From Gammaproteobacteria bacterium (GTDB taxonomy: Bacteria > Pseudomonadota > Gammaproteobacteria > Steroidobacterales > Rariloculaceae): a stretch of 61,655 bases of DNA. The notes under the pieces were generated by a model. The model searched no databases, was not told the origin of the DNA, and saw nothing but the letters and a program-made list of their open reading frames with translations. The DNA is taken from positions 1-61,655 of the forward strand of contig DASTSM010000349.1 in assembly GCA_035760685.1 (NCBI GenBank), read 5' to 3'. Below are positions 7,072 to 16,109 of the stretch, piece after piece (positions within the stretch are counted from its first letter, which is position 1; every line of letters starts with the position of its first letter). The position numbers and the translations under genes are program-made.

Positions 7072-10000
7072 TCATCTCTGCAAGTTGTTCTCCGTCCAGA
7101 ACGTCCTGACCGGATTGTTCGCAAAATTCGTCGGGAAGCAGAACAGGTCGACGCACCCGACCGGCGGCGGCGCGCATTCGTCGCCGACGCACTCGCTGGC
7201 GTTTTCCGCCGAGGGGAAGACGAACACGACCTCGCTCGAGATGGAGCCGTTGAACTCGCTCGAGCGGTCTGCGACGGAGAGGTCGTTGCCGTCGACCGTG
7301 CCGTCGCCGTTCACGTCGTCGTTGCTGTCGACGACGCCGTCCCCGTTCGCGTCGTTGTCGCGATCGTCGACGACCCCGTCGCCGTTCAGGTCGTTCACGG
7401 GCTTGTCCAGGTTCGTGACCGGGGCGCCGTTCTTGATGCTCACGATGTAGAGCCTGTTCGTCCCGAGCCTCGGGACGCAATCGTCCGCGTCGGGCGACGC
7501 GCCCGGCGTGAACGTCGTGAAGAAGACCTGATTGTTGAACGTGCGTGCTTCGGCGAGCACCTTTTCGCCTGGGTCGAGGTGCAGCACCCAGCCGGCGCTG
7601 TCGGTGCCGACGCTCGCCGTGACGTTGTTGGTGATGTCCGTGAGGTCGTCCTCGGTGATCTTCGTGAGGCTGTCGAATTGGGCCTGCGTCTTCTGCTGGA
7701 AGGGCGAGTAGTCGCGCAGCGCGTAGAATCGGTCGGCGTTGTCCGTCGAGTTCGGATGAGCGCGGTAGCCGGAGCCGATGCCGATGTGCAGGTAGCTCTG
7801 GCCGGAGTTGCTGACGAGCGCGACGTCGGGCGCATAGTAGAACCTGCGCGTGTCGGTGCGCGCGGGCGAATCGAGGCCCGCGCCGCCGAGCTGCGCGATG
7901 ACGCCGCCGTTCACCAGCGTGCTCGGGGCCTGGCCGTTCGATATGTCGAAGCGCCAGACTTGGCCGCCCATGTCGGCCGCGTACATGCGGTCCGCGAAAC
8001 CGTCGCCGTCGAGGTCGATGACTCGGACGTCGGCCGGAATCGAGTAGTTCATGTCCGCGAAGTTCTTCGTCGCGTCGCTCGGGCCGCCGTGCCACAGCAA
8101 AGCGCCCGTGACCGAGTCCACGATATAGATGTGGTTGCCGCTCGTGTCGGTCGAATAGTCGTAGTTGTCCTGCGTCGCGTCGTACCCGCCGCCCAGCACG
8201 ACGACGAGGTGATCGGCGTTCTCGGCGTCGTCGTCGATGTCCATCTTCGTCGGGACCGGGTTGGACCACGTCTGGCCGAGGCCCGGCAAGTCCGCGCCGT
8301 CGAGCCTCCACAGGAATTGCGGCGCATCGGGATTCGTGACGTCGAGCGCGTAGTAGAAGCTTCCGCCGCGGCGCATGCCGAAGAAGAGGTACACCTTCTC
8401 GCCGTCGTCGGGCTCGATGACGCCGTCGTTGTCGGCGAGCACCTGAAGCCTCAGGCTTCCGTCGACGCCGTAGTGCTTCGCCGTCGCCGTCAGGTTCTGC
8501 AGCAGATCGACCTGATCGCCGAGAAACTCGGGGGGAATGAAAGACCAGAGCTCGACGCCCGTGTTGGGGTCGATCGCGTGCACGTAACCGTCGTTCGTCG
8601 CGAAGAAGACGACCGCGTCGTCGGGATCGGGGTCAGCCACGGTGCCGCCGTAGATCATCGAGATCGGCTGCGAGTGCAGCGGATCGCCCATCTGGTCGCG
8701 GCCGTCGGTGGTGCTGTTGTTCTGGTTGCTGTCCGTCACGTCGACGCCGCGGATGAAGTCGATGACCTCGTCGTGGCTCGGATCGCCGGGATTGCCGATG
8801 TTGAGCATCGTGTCGGTGATGCCGGTGTTCGTTCTCGTCACGCCGTTCGAGTCCGCGGTCAAGTCCGCATCGCCGAGATAGGTATAGACGTGCCGCGTCG
8901 AAGGGTCGGGCAGCTTGTTCGCCGCCCCTCCGAGTGTGACGTTGGGGCCGTCCGCCGCATCCGTCCAGAAGCTCTGGGCCAAGGGCTTGAAGAAGCCCGT
9001 CGACGTGTCGACCGCCTCGGCGCCGTTCTGGTCGATGATCGTCGAGTCGCTCGGCTTGAGCTTGTACTTCTTGAGGTTCCCGGGCCAGTGGATCGCGCTC
9101 GAGGGCTCGAAGACCGTGACGAATAGATCGTTCTTGTGCTGCGTGCGGTTGAAGCTGTCGACCGAGACGGTCGGCGCCGTGAACGTCGACTGCGTCTTGA
9201 GAATCGAGGTCACGATGTTGGTCAACGCCTGCGACAGCGTGGCGGTGTCCTCGGCCGTGTAGTACTTGCCGCCGCTGCGCTCCGCCGTGTCCTTCAGGAT
9301 CGGCAGATCGACCGTGAAGCCGACCGTGTAGGTCGTCACGCCCTGCTGACCCGGCAGCGACGCGGAAATGTCGCCCTTGTGGAGGAACTCCGCAAGCTCG
9401 TCGAGGCAGTCGCCGCCCGAGGGGTTGAAGCCCAGCGGGTACGTTTCCGCATCGCACGCGCTGCCGACGAGGTCCGCAAAGCTGTTGCCGCTTTCGTCGA
9501 CGAGCGACTTGATCTGCGTGTCGCGCTCGTTGTCGTCGGTCGGCTCGCCGTCCGTCAGGTACACGATGTAGTTCTTCTGACACGCGTGCTGGGCGGGCGA
9601 CACGTAGTTTCCGTCGGCGTCCGTGCCGATGTTGAACCCCGCGCCGTAGTCGGGGCTCCGGCTCATCCAATATCGCGCCGCTTCGTACAAAGTCTCCGAG
9701 AGCGGCGTGTTGCTGTCGGCCGGCAGCGCATTGATGGCGGCGATGAGCGAATCGCGGCTCGTGGAGACGTCCTCGACGGCGTGCACGAGGTGTCCGCCCT
9801 CGCCGTTGCTGTTGTAGCGCATGAGGCCGAGGTTGACGTTGTTGATGCTGCCGACGAGACTCGTCGCGACGTCCTTCATGATCTGGCTTCGCGACTCGGG
9901 GCCGGTGGGGCCGTAGTACCAGTTGAGGTAATTGGCGTCGTAAACCGTGGCCATGCTCATGTTGCGCCAGCTGATCACGTCCCTCGAGCGGTCGCTCCAG

Positions 10001-10569
10001 GGGTTGCTCGCGTCGTCGTCCTGCGCCCACTTTCTCGTCGTTGCGCTCGAATCGCCGTCGTTACCGTTTACGCCGCTGTCGGACGCGCATTCGACGTACT
10101 GCGGATCGACGGATCCGTTCAGATTGCTCCAGACGGCGGTCGTGGTCGTATTGCCTTTTTTCGTGCGCGTCGTCACGTTGAACTGCGCGAAGTTGTCGCT
10201 CCAGCGGCCCGCGTTCGTCTGGAACGCGTCGAGCGCCGCGCGGCACTTGAACACGGACCGATCGAAGCTTTGCGTGGTATCGCAGCTCGGCGGATCCGTG
10301 GACCACCACGTAAAGGAGCGCCAGTAGAGCTTCGTCGAGTCGCAGGTGCCGGCGTAGGTGGTGCTCGGATTGTAGTTCGCCTGGCTGTCCACGATCGTCT
10401 GCATGCTGCCCGACGTGTCGAAAATGAACAGCACGTTCGGCTTCACGGCCAGCACGCTGCTGTCGTACACGAAGAGCTCCGTGTCGTCGGCCAGCGCCGG
10501 CGTCCCCGCTAGCAGGGCCCAGACTACGCCTCCCAGAAGGGCGATGCTGCGTTTGCTCAAAGCGCTCAT
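7072..10569 (-). CDS. pilY1: PilY1/PilC-family type IV pilus tip adhesin with an N-terminal vWA domain
   Basis: 1165 aa. It has a signal peptide (..LLAGTPALA|DD) and a vWA MIDAS motif (LFIFDTSGSMQ). The C-terminal PilY1 beta-propeller carries an EF-hand-like site, DLDGDGFADRMYAAD (nt 7972-8016). It sits between pilX and pilE. Confidence 0.9.
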   Translation of the reverse strand: MSALSKRSIALLGGVVWALLAGTPALADDTELFVYDSSVLAVKPNVLFIFDTSGSMQTIVDSQANYNPSTTYAGTCDSTKLYWRSFTWWSTDPPSCDTTQSFDRSVFKCRAALDAFQTNAGRWSDNFAQFNVTTRTKKGNTTTTAVWSNLNGSVDPQYVECASDSGVNGNDGDSSATTRKWAQDDDASNPWSDRSRDVISWRNMSMATVYDANYLNWYYGPTGPESRSQIMKDVATSLVGSINNVNLGLMRYNSNGEGGHLVHAVEDVSTSRDSLIAAINALPADSNTPLSETLYEAARYWMSRSPDYGAGFNIGTDADGNYVSPAQHACQKNYIVYLTDGEPTDDNERDTQIKSLVDESGNSFADLVGSACDAETYPLGFNPSGGDCLDELAEFLHKGDISASLPGQQGVTTYTVGFTVDLPILKDTAERSGGKYYTAEDTATLSQALTNIVTSILKTQSTFTAPTVSVDSFNRTQHKNDLFVTVFEPSSAIHWPGNLKKYKLKPSDSTIIDQNGAEAVDTSTGFFKPLAQSFWTDAADGPNVTLGGAANKLPDPSTRHVYTYLGDADLTADSNGVTRTNTGITDTMLNIGNPGDPSHDEVIDFIRGVDVTDSNQNNSTTDGRDQMGDPLHSQPISMIYGGTVADPDPDDAVVFFATNDGYVHAIDPNTGVELWSFIPPEFLGDQVDLLQNLTATAKHYGVDGSLRLQVLADNDGVIEPDDGEKVYLFFGMRRGGSFYYALDVTNPDAPQFLWRLDGADLPGLGQTWSNPVPTKMDIDDDAENADHLVVVLGGGYDATQDNYDYSTDTSGNHIYIVDSVTGALLWHGGPSDATKNFADMNYSIPADVRVIDLDGDGFADRMYAADMGGQVWRFDISNGQAPSTLVNGGVIAQLGGAGLDSPARTDTRRFYYAPDVALVSNSGQSYLHIGIGSGYRAHPNSTDNADRFYALRDYSPFQQKTQAQFDSLTKITEDDLTDITNNVTASVGTDSAGWVLHLDPGEKVLAEARTFNNQVFFTTFTPGASPDADDCVPRLGTNRLYIVSIKNGAPVTNLDKPVNDLNGDGVVDDRDNDANGDGVVDSNDDVNGDGTVDGNDLSVADRSSEFNGSISSEVVFVFPSAENASECVGDECAPPPVGCVDLFCFPTNFANNPVRTFWTENNLQR

Positions 10570-10633
10570 GGTTATCCCTCAACAGTCACTACGTCGTTCC
10601 CTCGACCGCGGCCGTTCGGCCGCCCGAGCTCGA

Positions 10634-11023
10634 CTAGCCTTCCAAATGGATCAGAACGACTCGATTCACGTGCTTCGACGCGAGGTCGTAGAAGATGAAA
10701 ACGTTCGTCGAGTCGGCGTCGGTTTGCCTGTAGCCCTCGGCCGTCTCGAGGAACTGCGAAAGCGGGACGGTCATCTCGCCGACGAGATAGACGGTGTCCG
10801 CGCTGACCGTCATCGACGTGACGTCGCAGGCCGCGCAGGTCTTGAAGATCAGGTACCCGGCCGTGCCTTGCGGCAGCCCTTGGATATTCGAGAGGCGGAG
10901 CTCGTAGTCCCTCTCGGGCTGGGCGACGATGCGAGCGGCCGAGACGGCGCCCGGCATGCCGATCATGAGCACGAGGGCGGCAAGAAGCGCGCTCGCGCCG
11001 ACTGACTTCGTGTTTGCGTTCAT
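10634..11023 (-). CDS. Small secreted hypothetical protein encoded between pilX and pilY1
   Basis: 129 aa. ATG at 11023. Signal peptide MNANTKSVGASALLAALVLMIGMPGAVSA|AR. Coding-like composition. I recognise no family. It is co-directional and tightly spaced within the pilus operon. Confidence 0.6.
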   Translation of the reverse strand: MNANTKSVGASALLAALVLMIGMPGAVSAARIVAQPERDYELRLSNIQGLPQGTAGYLIFKTCAACDVTSMTVSADTVYLVGEMTVPLSQFLETAEGYRQTDADSTNVFIFYDLASKHVNRVVLIHLEG

Positions 11024-11074
11024 CGCACTCTCCGTGTCTCGATTTCCGAGCGGTCGGCTGCGTCGGCTCCGCCG

Positions 11075-11527
11075 TTAGGGTCCGCCCGGTCCGACGATGT
11101 AGAAGCTCTGCGTATGGGTCGCGCGCGCATTGCGCGGGCCTTCGCCGACGGCCGTGATATCGAAATGAAACGCCTGCACGCTGCCGGTGCCGACGCCCAT
11201 GCTGAACGACAGGTCGGGCACGGGCGTCGTTTGCATGAACTGGACGGTCGCCTCCGCCGTGGTGTCGCCGCCGACGTCCGTCGGAGCGATCGAGGTGGCC
11301 GCCGTCGTCGTGAAGTCGCGAGTCGCGAGCGCCAGGTCGATGCCGGTCTCGGCCGCCTGGAAGGCGTCCTGCTGGGACTGCGTGTTGCTCGCCATCGTGA
11401 GCTCGAGCGTGTTCATGTTCATGCCGGAGACGCCGAGCACGGTCAGAACGAGCATGAGGATCAGGCCGACGACGAGGGCCGCGCCCGCCTCGCTTTCGCG
11501 TGCTGTCCGAATAGGAGTCGTGTTCAT
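11075..11527 (-). CDS. pilX: PilX N-terminal domain-containing pilus assembly protein
   Basis: 150 aa from the internal ATG at 11527, which forms an ATGA overlap with the pilW stop. It has the hydrophobic PilX_N segment AGAALVVGLILMLVLTVLGVSGMNMNTLELTMASN. Confidence 0.75.
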   Translation of the reverse strand: MNTTPIRTARESEAGAALVVGLILMLVLTVLGVSGMNMNTLELTMASNTQSQQDAFQAAETGIDLALATRDFTTTAATSIAPTDVGGDTTAEATVQFMQTTPVPDLSFSMGVGTGSVQAFHFDITAVGEGPRNARATHTQSFYIVGPGGP

Positions 11528-12516
11528 GCGGGCGGCCTCGCATTGCGGATGTAGATGGTTTTGGAGACGACGATGCGCCGATAGCCGTCCATGGGCGGAT
11601 CGATGTCCTGATCCGCGTACGTATACGACCGGTCGTCCGTGAACCCCGGCTCGGGCCGCTCGGCGCGGATACGGAGCCATATGCGCACGGCGAGCACCTG
11701 CACGTCTGGATTGGCCAGGATCGCGTCGCCGGGATTCACGTAAAGATCGATCGAGCCCCGATTCGGAGAGCCGAACGCGTCCGTGTCGACGCCGAGCTGC
11801 ACTTGCATATCCTCGACGCCTGGGAGCACTTCCTCGTCCGTGATCGCCGGGCCGACGCCGAGCCTCTTGACGCGCAGCGACGGAACGTCGTCGCCGAGCG
11901 TCGACGACTGGCTCACGTAGTAGCCGTCGACCACGAGCTCATGCGTTTCCGAGGTCGTGGACGAGTAGCCGGACGGAATCGCCGCGCCTTCGAAGATCTG
12001 GCTGTCCTGGAACCGCGCCGACTGGATATAGAGCGTGTCGGCGACGGGCGTGGCCGTCGCCTCCTCGGCGGCGCGCCGAACGACGAGCGTATCCGAGCTC
12101 CCTTGTGCGCCGTCGCCGTAGGCGTCGCAATCCCAGCCGTAGCTGCCGTTCGAGGCCTCGATGCCGGCGTCGAGATCGAAGCTCCAGTTGTCGCCGCAGT
12201 CGTCGGCAAACGCGAGAGCGTTCGTCTCGGTCGGTGCGGCTCGGCCTTGAATCTTGTCGGTCCGCGTCGTGAGGCCCCAAAAGTGGCCCATGCGGATATC
12301 GGGCTCGATGGCATCGAGCGCGAAGCGGCCGTTCTCCTGCAGGCGCGCGATCGTCTCGTTGACCTGAAAGGTCTGGCGGCTCTGCAGGTACACGGTCATC
12401 GCGCCCAGCAGCAGAAAGAGGCCGATCGCGAGCGCGACCATGAGCTCGATGAGCGTCATGCCGGCTTCGCGAGATCCCGTCGGCGCCCTGCAGGCTTTGC
12501 TCGAGTTCGTGCGCAT
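11524..12516 (-). CDS. pilW: PilW family type IV pilus minor pilin
   Basis: 330 aa from ATG 12516. Prepilin motif REAG|MTLIELMVALAIGLFLLLGAMTVYL. Its size and position match PilW. The start lies 2 nt after the pilV stop. Confidence 0.85.
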   Translation of the reverse strand: MRTNSSKACRAPTGSREAGMTLIELMVALAIGLFLLLGAMTVYLQSRQTFQVNETIARLQENGRFALDAIEPDIRMGHFWGLTTRTDKIQGRAAPTETNALAFADDCGDNWSFDLDAGIEASNGSYGWDCDAYGDGAQGSSDTLVVRRAAEEATATPVADTLYIQSARFQDSQIFEGAAIPSGYSSTTSETHELVVDGYYVSQSSTLGDDVPSLRVKRLGVGPAITDEEVLPGVEDMQVQLGVDTDAFGSPNRGSIDLYVNPGDAILANPDVQVLAVRIWLRIRAERPEPGFTDDRSYTYADQDIDPPMDGYRRIVVSKTIYIRNARPPA

Positions 12517-12518
12517 GA

Positions 12519-13016
12519 TCAAAAGTCCGGTACTTGAACGGCGACCTGGTAGGAAAGCGCTCCCACGCCCGGTTCCTCCCAGTCCACCTCGATCGTATAA
12601 GTGGGCGGCAACGTCGAATCGTCGTAGTCGACCGAGCCTTCGCCGCCCGGCAGCAGGCCCGCAATCTGGTCCTCCCAAACGAAGAGGTCGTGCGCGGCCA
12701 TCTGGGCGGGCGTGCACATCGTGTCGTCGTCGCCGCCCGACTGCGGATCGCACATGTTGTTCGCGGCCGCGCCTTCGTAGGCGGAGCCGCCGAGCCGGTT
12801 CACGCGGATGCGGTCGGCCATGTCCGCCGCGAGGTTGACCGCCTGCGTGCGCAGCACGGCCGTGCGGCCGGCCCCGAGCCCCTCGGCGTACATCGCCGCG
12901 ATGCCCATCATGCCGACCGACAAGACCACGAGCGCGATCATCGCCTCGATGAGCGAGAAGCCGTCCTCGATCAACGGCAAGCGAGCCTGCGTAACCATGT
13001 TGCGCTTCGTTTTCAT
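12519..13016 (-). CDS. pilV: Type IV pilus modification protein PilV
   Basis: 165 aa from ATG 13016, which forms an ATGA overlap with the upstream gene. Prepilin motif EDG|FSLIEAMIALVVLSVGMMGIAAM, typical of PilV. Confidence 0.85.
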   Translation of the reverse strand: MKTKRNMVTQARLPLIEDGFSLIEAMIALVVLSVGMMGIAAMYAEGLGAGRTAVLRTQAVNLAADMADRIRVNRLGGSAYEGAAANNMCDPQSGGDDDTMCTPAQMAAHDLFVWEDQIAGLLPGGEGSVDYDDSTLPPTYTIEVDWEEPGVGALSYQVAVQVPDF

Positions 13017-13645
13017 GGACAGTCCGCCCCCGAGATGGCGCCGGCGGCGTCCGAAACGTCGTCCGGCGACGTAAGCACTTGCGCGCGGCCCGTCCAGTCG
13101 ATGAGCACGACGCGGGCGGTCGAGAGGCCGCCGCGGTCTTTGTTCCCGCGGTCGTCGCAGTAAAGGACGCGAGTCGCCGAATCGTTCGCTTGGCTCGTCG
13201 CGTGGCGCTTGAACCCATTCGCTCCGTAGGAGACGTAGTCCCCGCCTTCGATCCAGACGTTGATCGCGCCGCCCGGCTTCTCGCGCCGCAGCAGAACCTG
13301 CTCTCCCGTGTCGACCTCGGCGTTGCCGTCGCTCGTCTCGCTCACCCCATCGTCGTCGTCGTCGACAAAGACGATGAAGCCGCCGTTCGAGCCCGATCCG
13401 TCGCATTCCGGCGAGCTCGCGGTCGGGTCGGGGCTCGCGCAGAGCGTGACCGGCACCTGGCGTTTGACCGCTTCGGCGCGAGCGAGCAGCACCCCGGCGA
13501 CGAGGTCGTTCGCGGCGCTCGTCATCGAGCTGTTGCGCATGAACTCCTTGAAGCTCGGAACTCCGAGGCCTAGGACGATTCCGGCAACGGCGACGGCTAT
13601 CATGAGCTCCCAGAGCGTGAAACCGCATTGCGTCCTGACGTTCAT
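13013..13645 (-). CDS. fimU: GspH/FimT-family minor pilin (fimU position, immediately upstream of pilV)
   Basis: 210 aa. Leader MNVRTQCG|FTLWELMIAVAVAGIVLGLGVPSF followed by the GspH-like motif NDLVAGVLLARAEAVKR. The symbol is assigned by synteny only. Confidence 0.7.
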   Translation of the reverse strand: MNVRTQCGFTLWELMIAVAVAGIVLGLGVPSFKEFMRNSSMTSAANDLVAGVLLARAEAVKRQVPVTLCASPDPTASSPECDGSGSNGGFIVFVDDDDDGVSETSDGNAEVDTGEQVLLRREKPGGAINVWIEGGDYVSYGANGFKRHATSQANDSATRVLYCDDRGNKDRGGLSTARVVLIDWTGRAQVLTSPDDVSDAAGAISGADCP

Positions 13646-13744
13646 GGCCGCGGACTATAGAGCCGGCGGCGGCCGCGCCGAATGCGCATCCGACGACCGG
13701 ACGCCCGCGGGCGACGAGCGGTCGGTCGCGCGCGATCATTATGT

Positions 13745-14275
13745 TTACTCTGCGCAAACGAGCGGACGGCCGCCGGCGTCGCGGCCCGAAGCCCGCGGCC
13801 GGCCCGTATAGCTCACGACGACGGCTCTCGCCGCCGCGCTCCCGCGTGCGTCGCAGAAAGTGATCGTGCCGTTCGTGCTGCGCCGCGGGTACGGGCGAAA
13901 CTCGAAGAACGCGCGGTTCGACGTGATGTGTGCGCCGGCGCTCGGCCGATGCACGAAGAGCAGGGGCTCCTCGGGGCGCCGGCTCGGCGGCCGCATGTCG
14001 TCCTCGTTGACGAACACCATCCAGCCGGCGTCGTACCGCAGATCGTCGCCGGCGCAGGCGAGCGTATCGGCCGTCTTGCAGACGACGACGGGGCGGCCCC
14101 GCTTGAAGGATTCGCTTCGGGCGAGCTGCACGGCGAGAACGAAGGCGTTGATGTTCGCCGTGCGCCGAGAGTCGAGCGCGAGGTTTCGAAGCGCCGGCAC
14201 GCCGATCGTCGTGCAGATCGCCGCGATCGACAGCGTGCAAACCAGCTCCCAGAGCGTGAAGCCTCGGGTTCGCAT
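13745..14275 (-). CDS. fimT: GspH/FimT-family minor pilin (fimT position)
   Basis: Prepilin motif MRTRG|FTLWELVCTLSIAAICTTIGVPAL, then NAFVLAVQLARSESFKRG. I prefer the internal ATG at 14275 (ATG 14287 is also possible) over the ORF-track start at 14356. The symbol is assigned by synteny only. Confidence 0.7.
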   Translation of the reverse strand: MRTRGFTLWELVCTLSIAAICTTIGVPALRNLALDSRRTANINAFVLAVQLARSESFKRGRPVVVCKTADTLACAGDDLRYDAGWMVFVNEDDMRPPSRRPEEPLLFVHRPSAGAHITSNRAFFEFRPYPRRSTNGTITFCDARGSAAARAVVVSYTGRPRASGRDAGGRPLVCAE

Positions 14276-14438
14276 GCGGACCTCCATGTCGTTTGCTCGG
14301 CGACTCTTCCCGTCGCCCGCTCGACGGCGCGCGGTGCTTGGGCCGATCGGAAGCAAGCTATCGCCGCCGGCCGCGCCTCGGCGACGCAGGAAACTCGTGG
14401 GAACGCAGGGATAGAATCGGCCCGGACGCTGTCTGACT

Positions 14439-14924
14439 GTGCGGCCGGACCTGCTGGCATTTCCGCCGCCGGCCGGTATACTTTCCCAAGCCTTTGATTC
14501 TCCAGGTGGCGCCGTGACCCGAGATCAAATTTCCGAGCTTCTCCTGCAACGGGGAGTGTTTCCGACGTCGCAGCGGCTCGACGTCGGAGAGGTGATCCTG
14601 TCGCGCCCGCAGCACCTTTCGGCCGAGCAGATCATCGGCGAGATGCGCAAGGCGGGGTCGCGCGTCTCGAAGGCGACGGTCTACAACACGCTGAACCTGT
14701 TCCGGGAGCGCGGTCTGCTTACGACCGTCGAGGTCGATCCGAGCCGTCAGTTTTACGACTCGACCATCGAGCGGCATCATCATTTCTATAACGTCGAGAC
14801 GGGCGAGCTCATCGACATTCCCGAGGAAGCGTTGAAGCTCGAGGTCAATGCTCCGCTGCCGCAAGGTACGGAGCAGGCGGGGGTCGAGGTGGTGATCAAG
14901 GTGCGCGGCGCCGGGGCGCGCTAG
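14439..14924 (+). CDS. Fur-family transcriptional regulator, Irr-like (Cys-free, HHH motif)
   Basis: Winged-helix motif SKATVYNTLNLFRERGLL. The segment FYDSTIERHHHFYNVETGELIDIPEEAL parallels rhizobial Irr (YFDTN..HHHYYLE...ELVDIEDP). There are no Cys residues, so no structural Zn CxxC pairs. The start is uncertain: GTG at 14439 or GTG at 14514. Confidence 0.8.
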   Translation: MRPDLLAFPPPAGILSQAFDSPGGAVTRDQISELLLQRGVFPTSQRLDVGEVILSRPQHLSAEQIIGEMRKAGSRVSKATVYNTLNLFRERGLLTTVEVDPSRQFYDSTIERHHHFYNVETGELIDIPEEALKLEVNAPLPQGTEQAGVEVVIKVRGAGAR

Positions 14925-15017
14925 CGCGAACGGTCTCGTCTCGGTCGCCGGCAGAGAGCGTAGCGGAGCCGCCGCTTCGCGGTCACGGAGGACGCCGCGC
15001 GTCGAAGATGGCGACCG

Positions 15018-16007
15018 CTAAGGGCGGCCGCCGAACCGGCGCCGAACCGCCTCGCGGAAGATCTCGTCCGATTGCGGCTTGACGAATACCGCCACGACTT
15101 CGGGATGAGCCTCGCGGACCTTGCGCTCGATGCCGAGCACGGCGTCCTCGACGTCCGACGCGCGAAGCCCGCGCTCGAATTCGAGGCTCAGGGCCGCGAC
15201 GACTTGATCCGGACCGAGCTGGGCCGTGAGCACGCCGTTCGCGCTCTCGACTCCTCGCTGGCTCGCTGCGATGCGAAGGATCTCGTCGACGAGCTCGCTG
15301 TCCGCGATTTCCCCGATCAACAGGCTCTTGCTCTCGCGCGCGAGCAGAGCCGCGATCGTGCCGAGCACGACGCCGATCAAAATGGATGCGATGCCGTCGA
15401 CGACGGGCAAGCCGAGCGTCGAGGAAGCGAACGTGCCGACAGCGGCCAGCAGGATCCCGAGGAGCGCCGCGCTGTCCTCGAACAGGACCATGAACGACGG
15501 CGGGTTTTTGCTGCGCCGGAAGGCCGCCAAGTAGCCGAGCTTCCCCTTGGAGGACGCGAACTGACGGACGGCGACGAGCCACGAGGCGCCTTCGAAGACC
15601 AAGGCGAGGCCGAGCACGACGTAGTTGACCATGGGGCTTCGGATCGGCTCGGGCCGCAGGACGTGACCGACGCCCTCGAAGACCGAGGCGCCCGCGCCGA
15701 CCGCGAAGATCAGCAGCGCGACGACGAAGCTCCAGAAGTAGAGCTCCCGGCCGTGTCCGAGCGGGTGAGCGGGATCCGGCGGCCGGCCGGCCCGGTGAAT
15801 CCCGTAGAGGAGCAGCGCCTCGTTGCCCGTGTCGACGAAAGAGTGCACGGCTTCGCTCATCATCGACGAGCTGCCGCTCAGCGCCGCCGCCCCCGTCTTC
15901 GTGAGCGCGACGAGCAGGTTGCCGGCGAGCGCGGCGTAGACGGAGGTCTTCGTGGACGGCGCCTTTCTCACGATCGTCTCTCGGCCCCGCTGCGAGGGCT
16001 TCCGCAC
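15018..16007 (-). CDS. Cation diffusion facilitator (CDF) family metal efflux transporter
   Basis: 329 aa with a GTG start. TM core with SEAVHSFVDTGNE and AHPLGHGRELYFWSF. The C-terminal cytoplasmic domain has (D/E)-rich metal-site residues. The layout is typical of CDF proteins. Confidence 0.85.
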   Translation of the reverse strand: MRKPSQRGRETIVRKAPSTKTSVYAALAGNLLVALTKTGAAALSGSSSMMSEAVHSFVDTGNEALLLYGIHRAGRPPDPAHPLGHGRELYFWSFVVALLIFAVGAGASVFEGVGHVLRPEPIRSPMVNYVVLGLALVFEGASWLVAVRQFASSKGKLGYLAAFRRSKNPPSFMVLFEDSAALLGILLAAVGTFASSTLGLPVVDGIASILIGVVLGTIAALLARESKSLLIGEIADSELVDEILRIAASQRGVESANGVLTAQLGPDQVVAALSLEFERGLRASDVEDAVLGIERKVREAHPEVVAVFVKPQSDEIFREAVRRRFGGRP

Positions 16008-16109
16008 GGCGCGGTGGGGGGATGAGGCAATTTGCGTGCCCGTGCCTTCGGACGGCCGTGCGCCGAGCTATGCCAAAATGGCGCGGACTGCACGGGGGCG
16101 GCGATTCCC

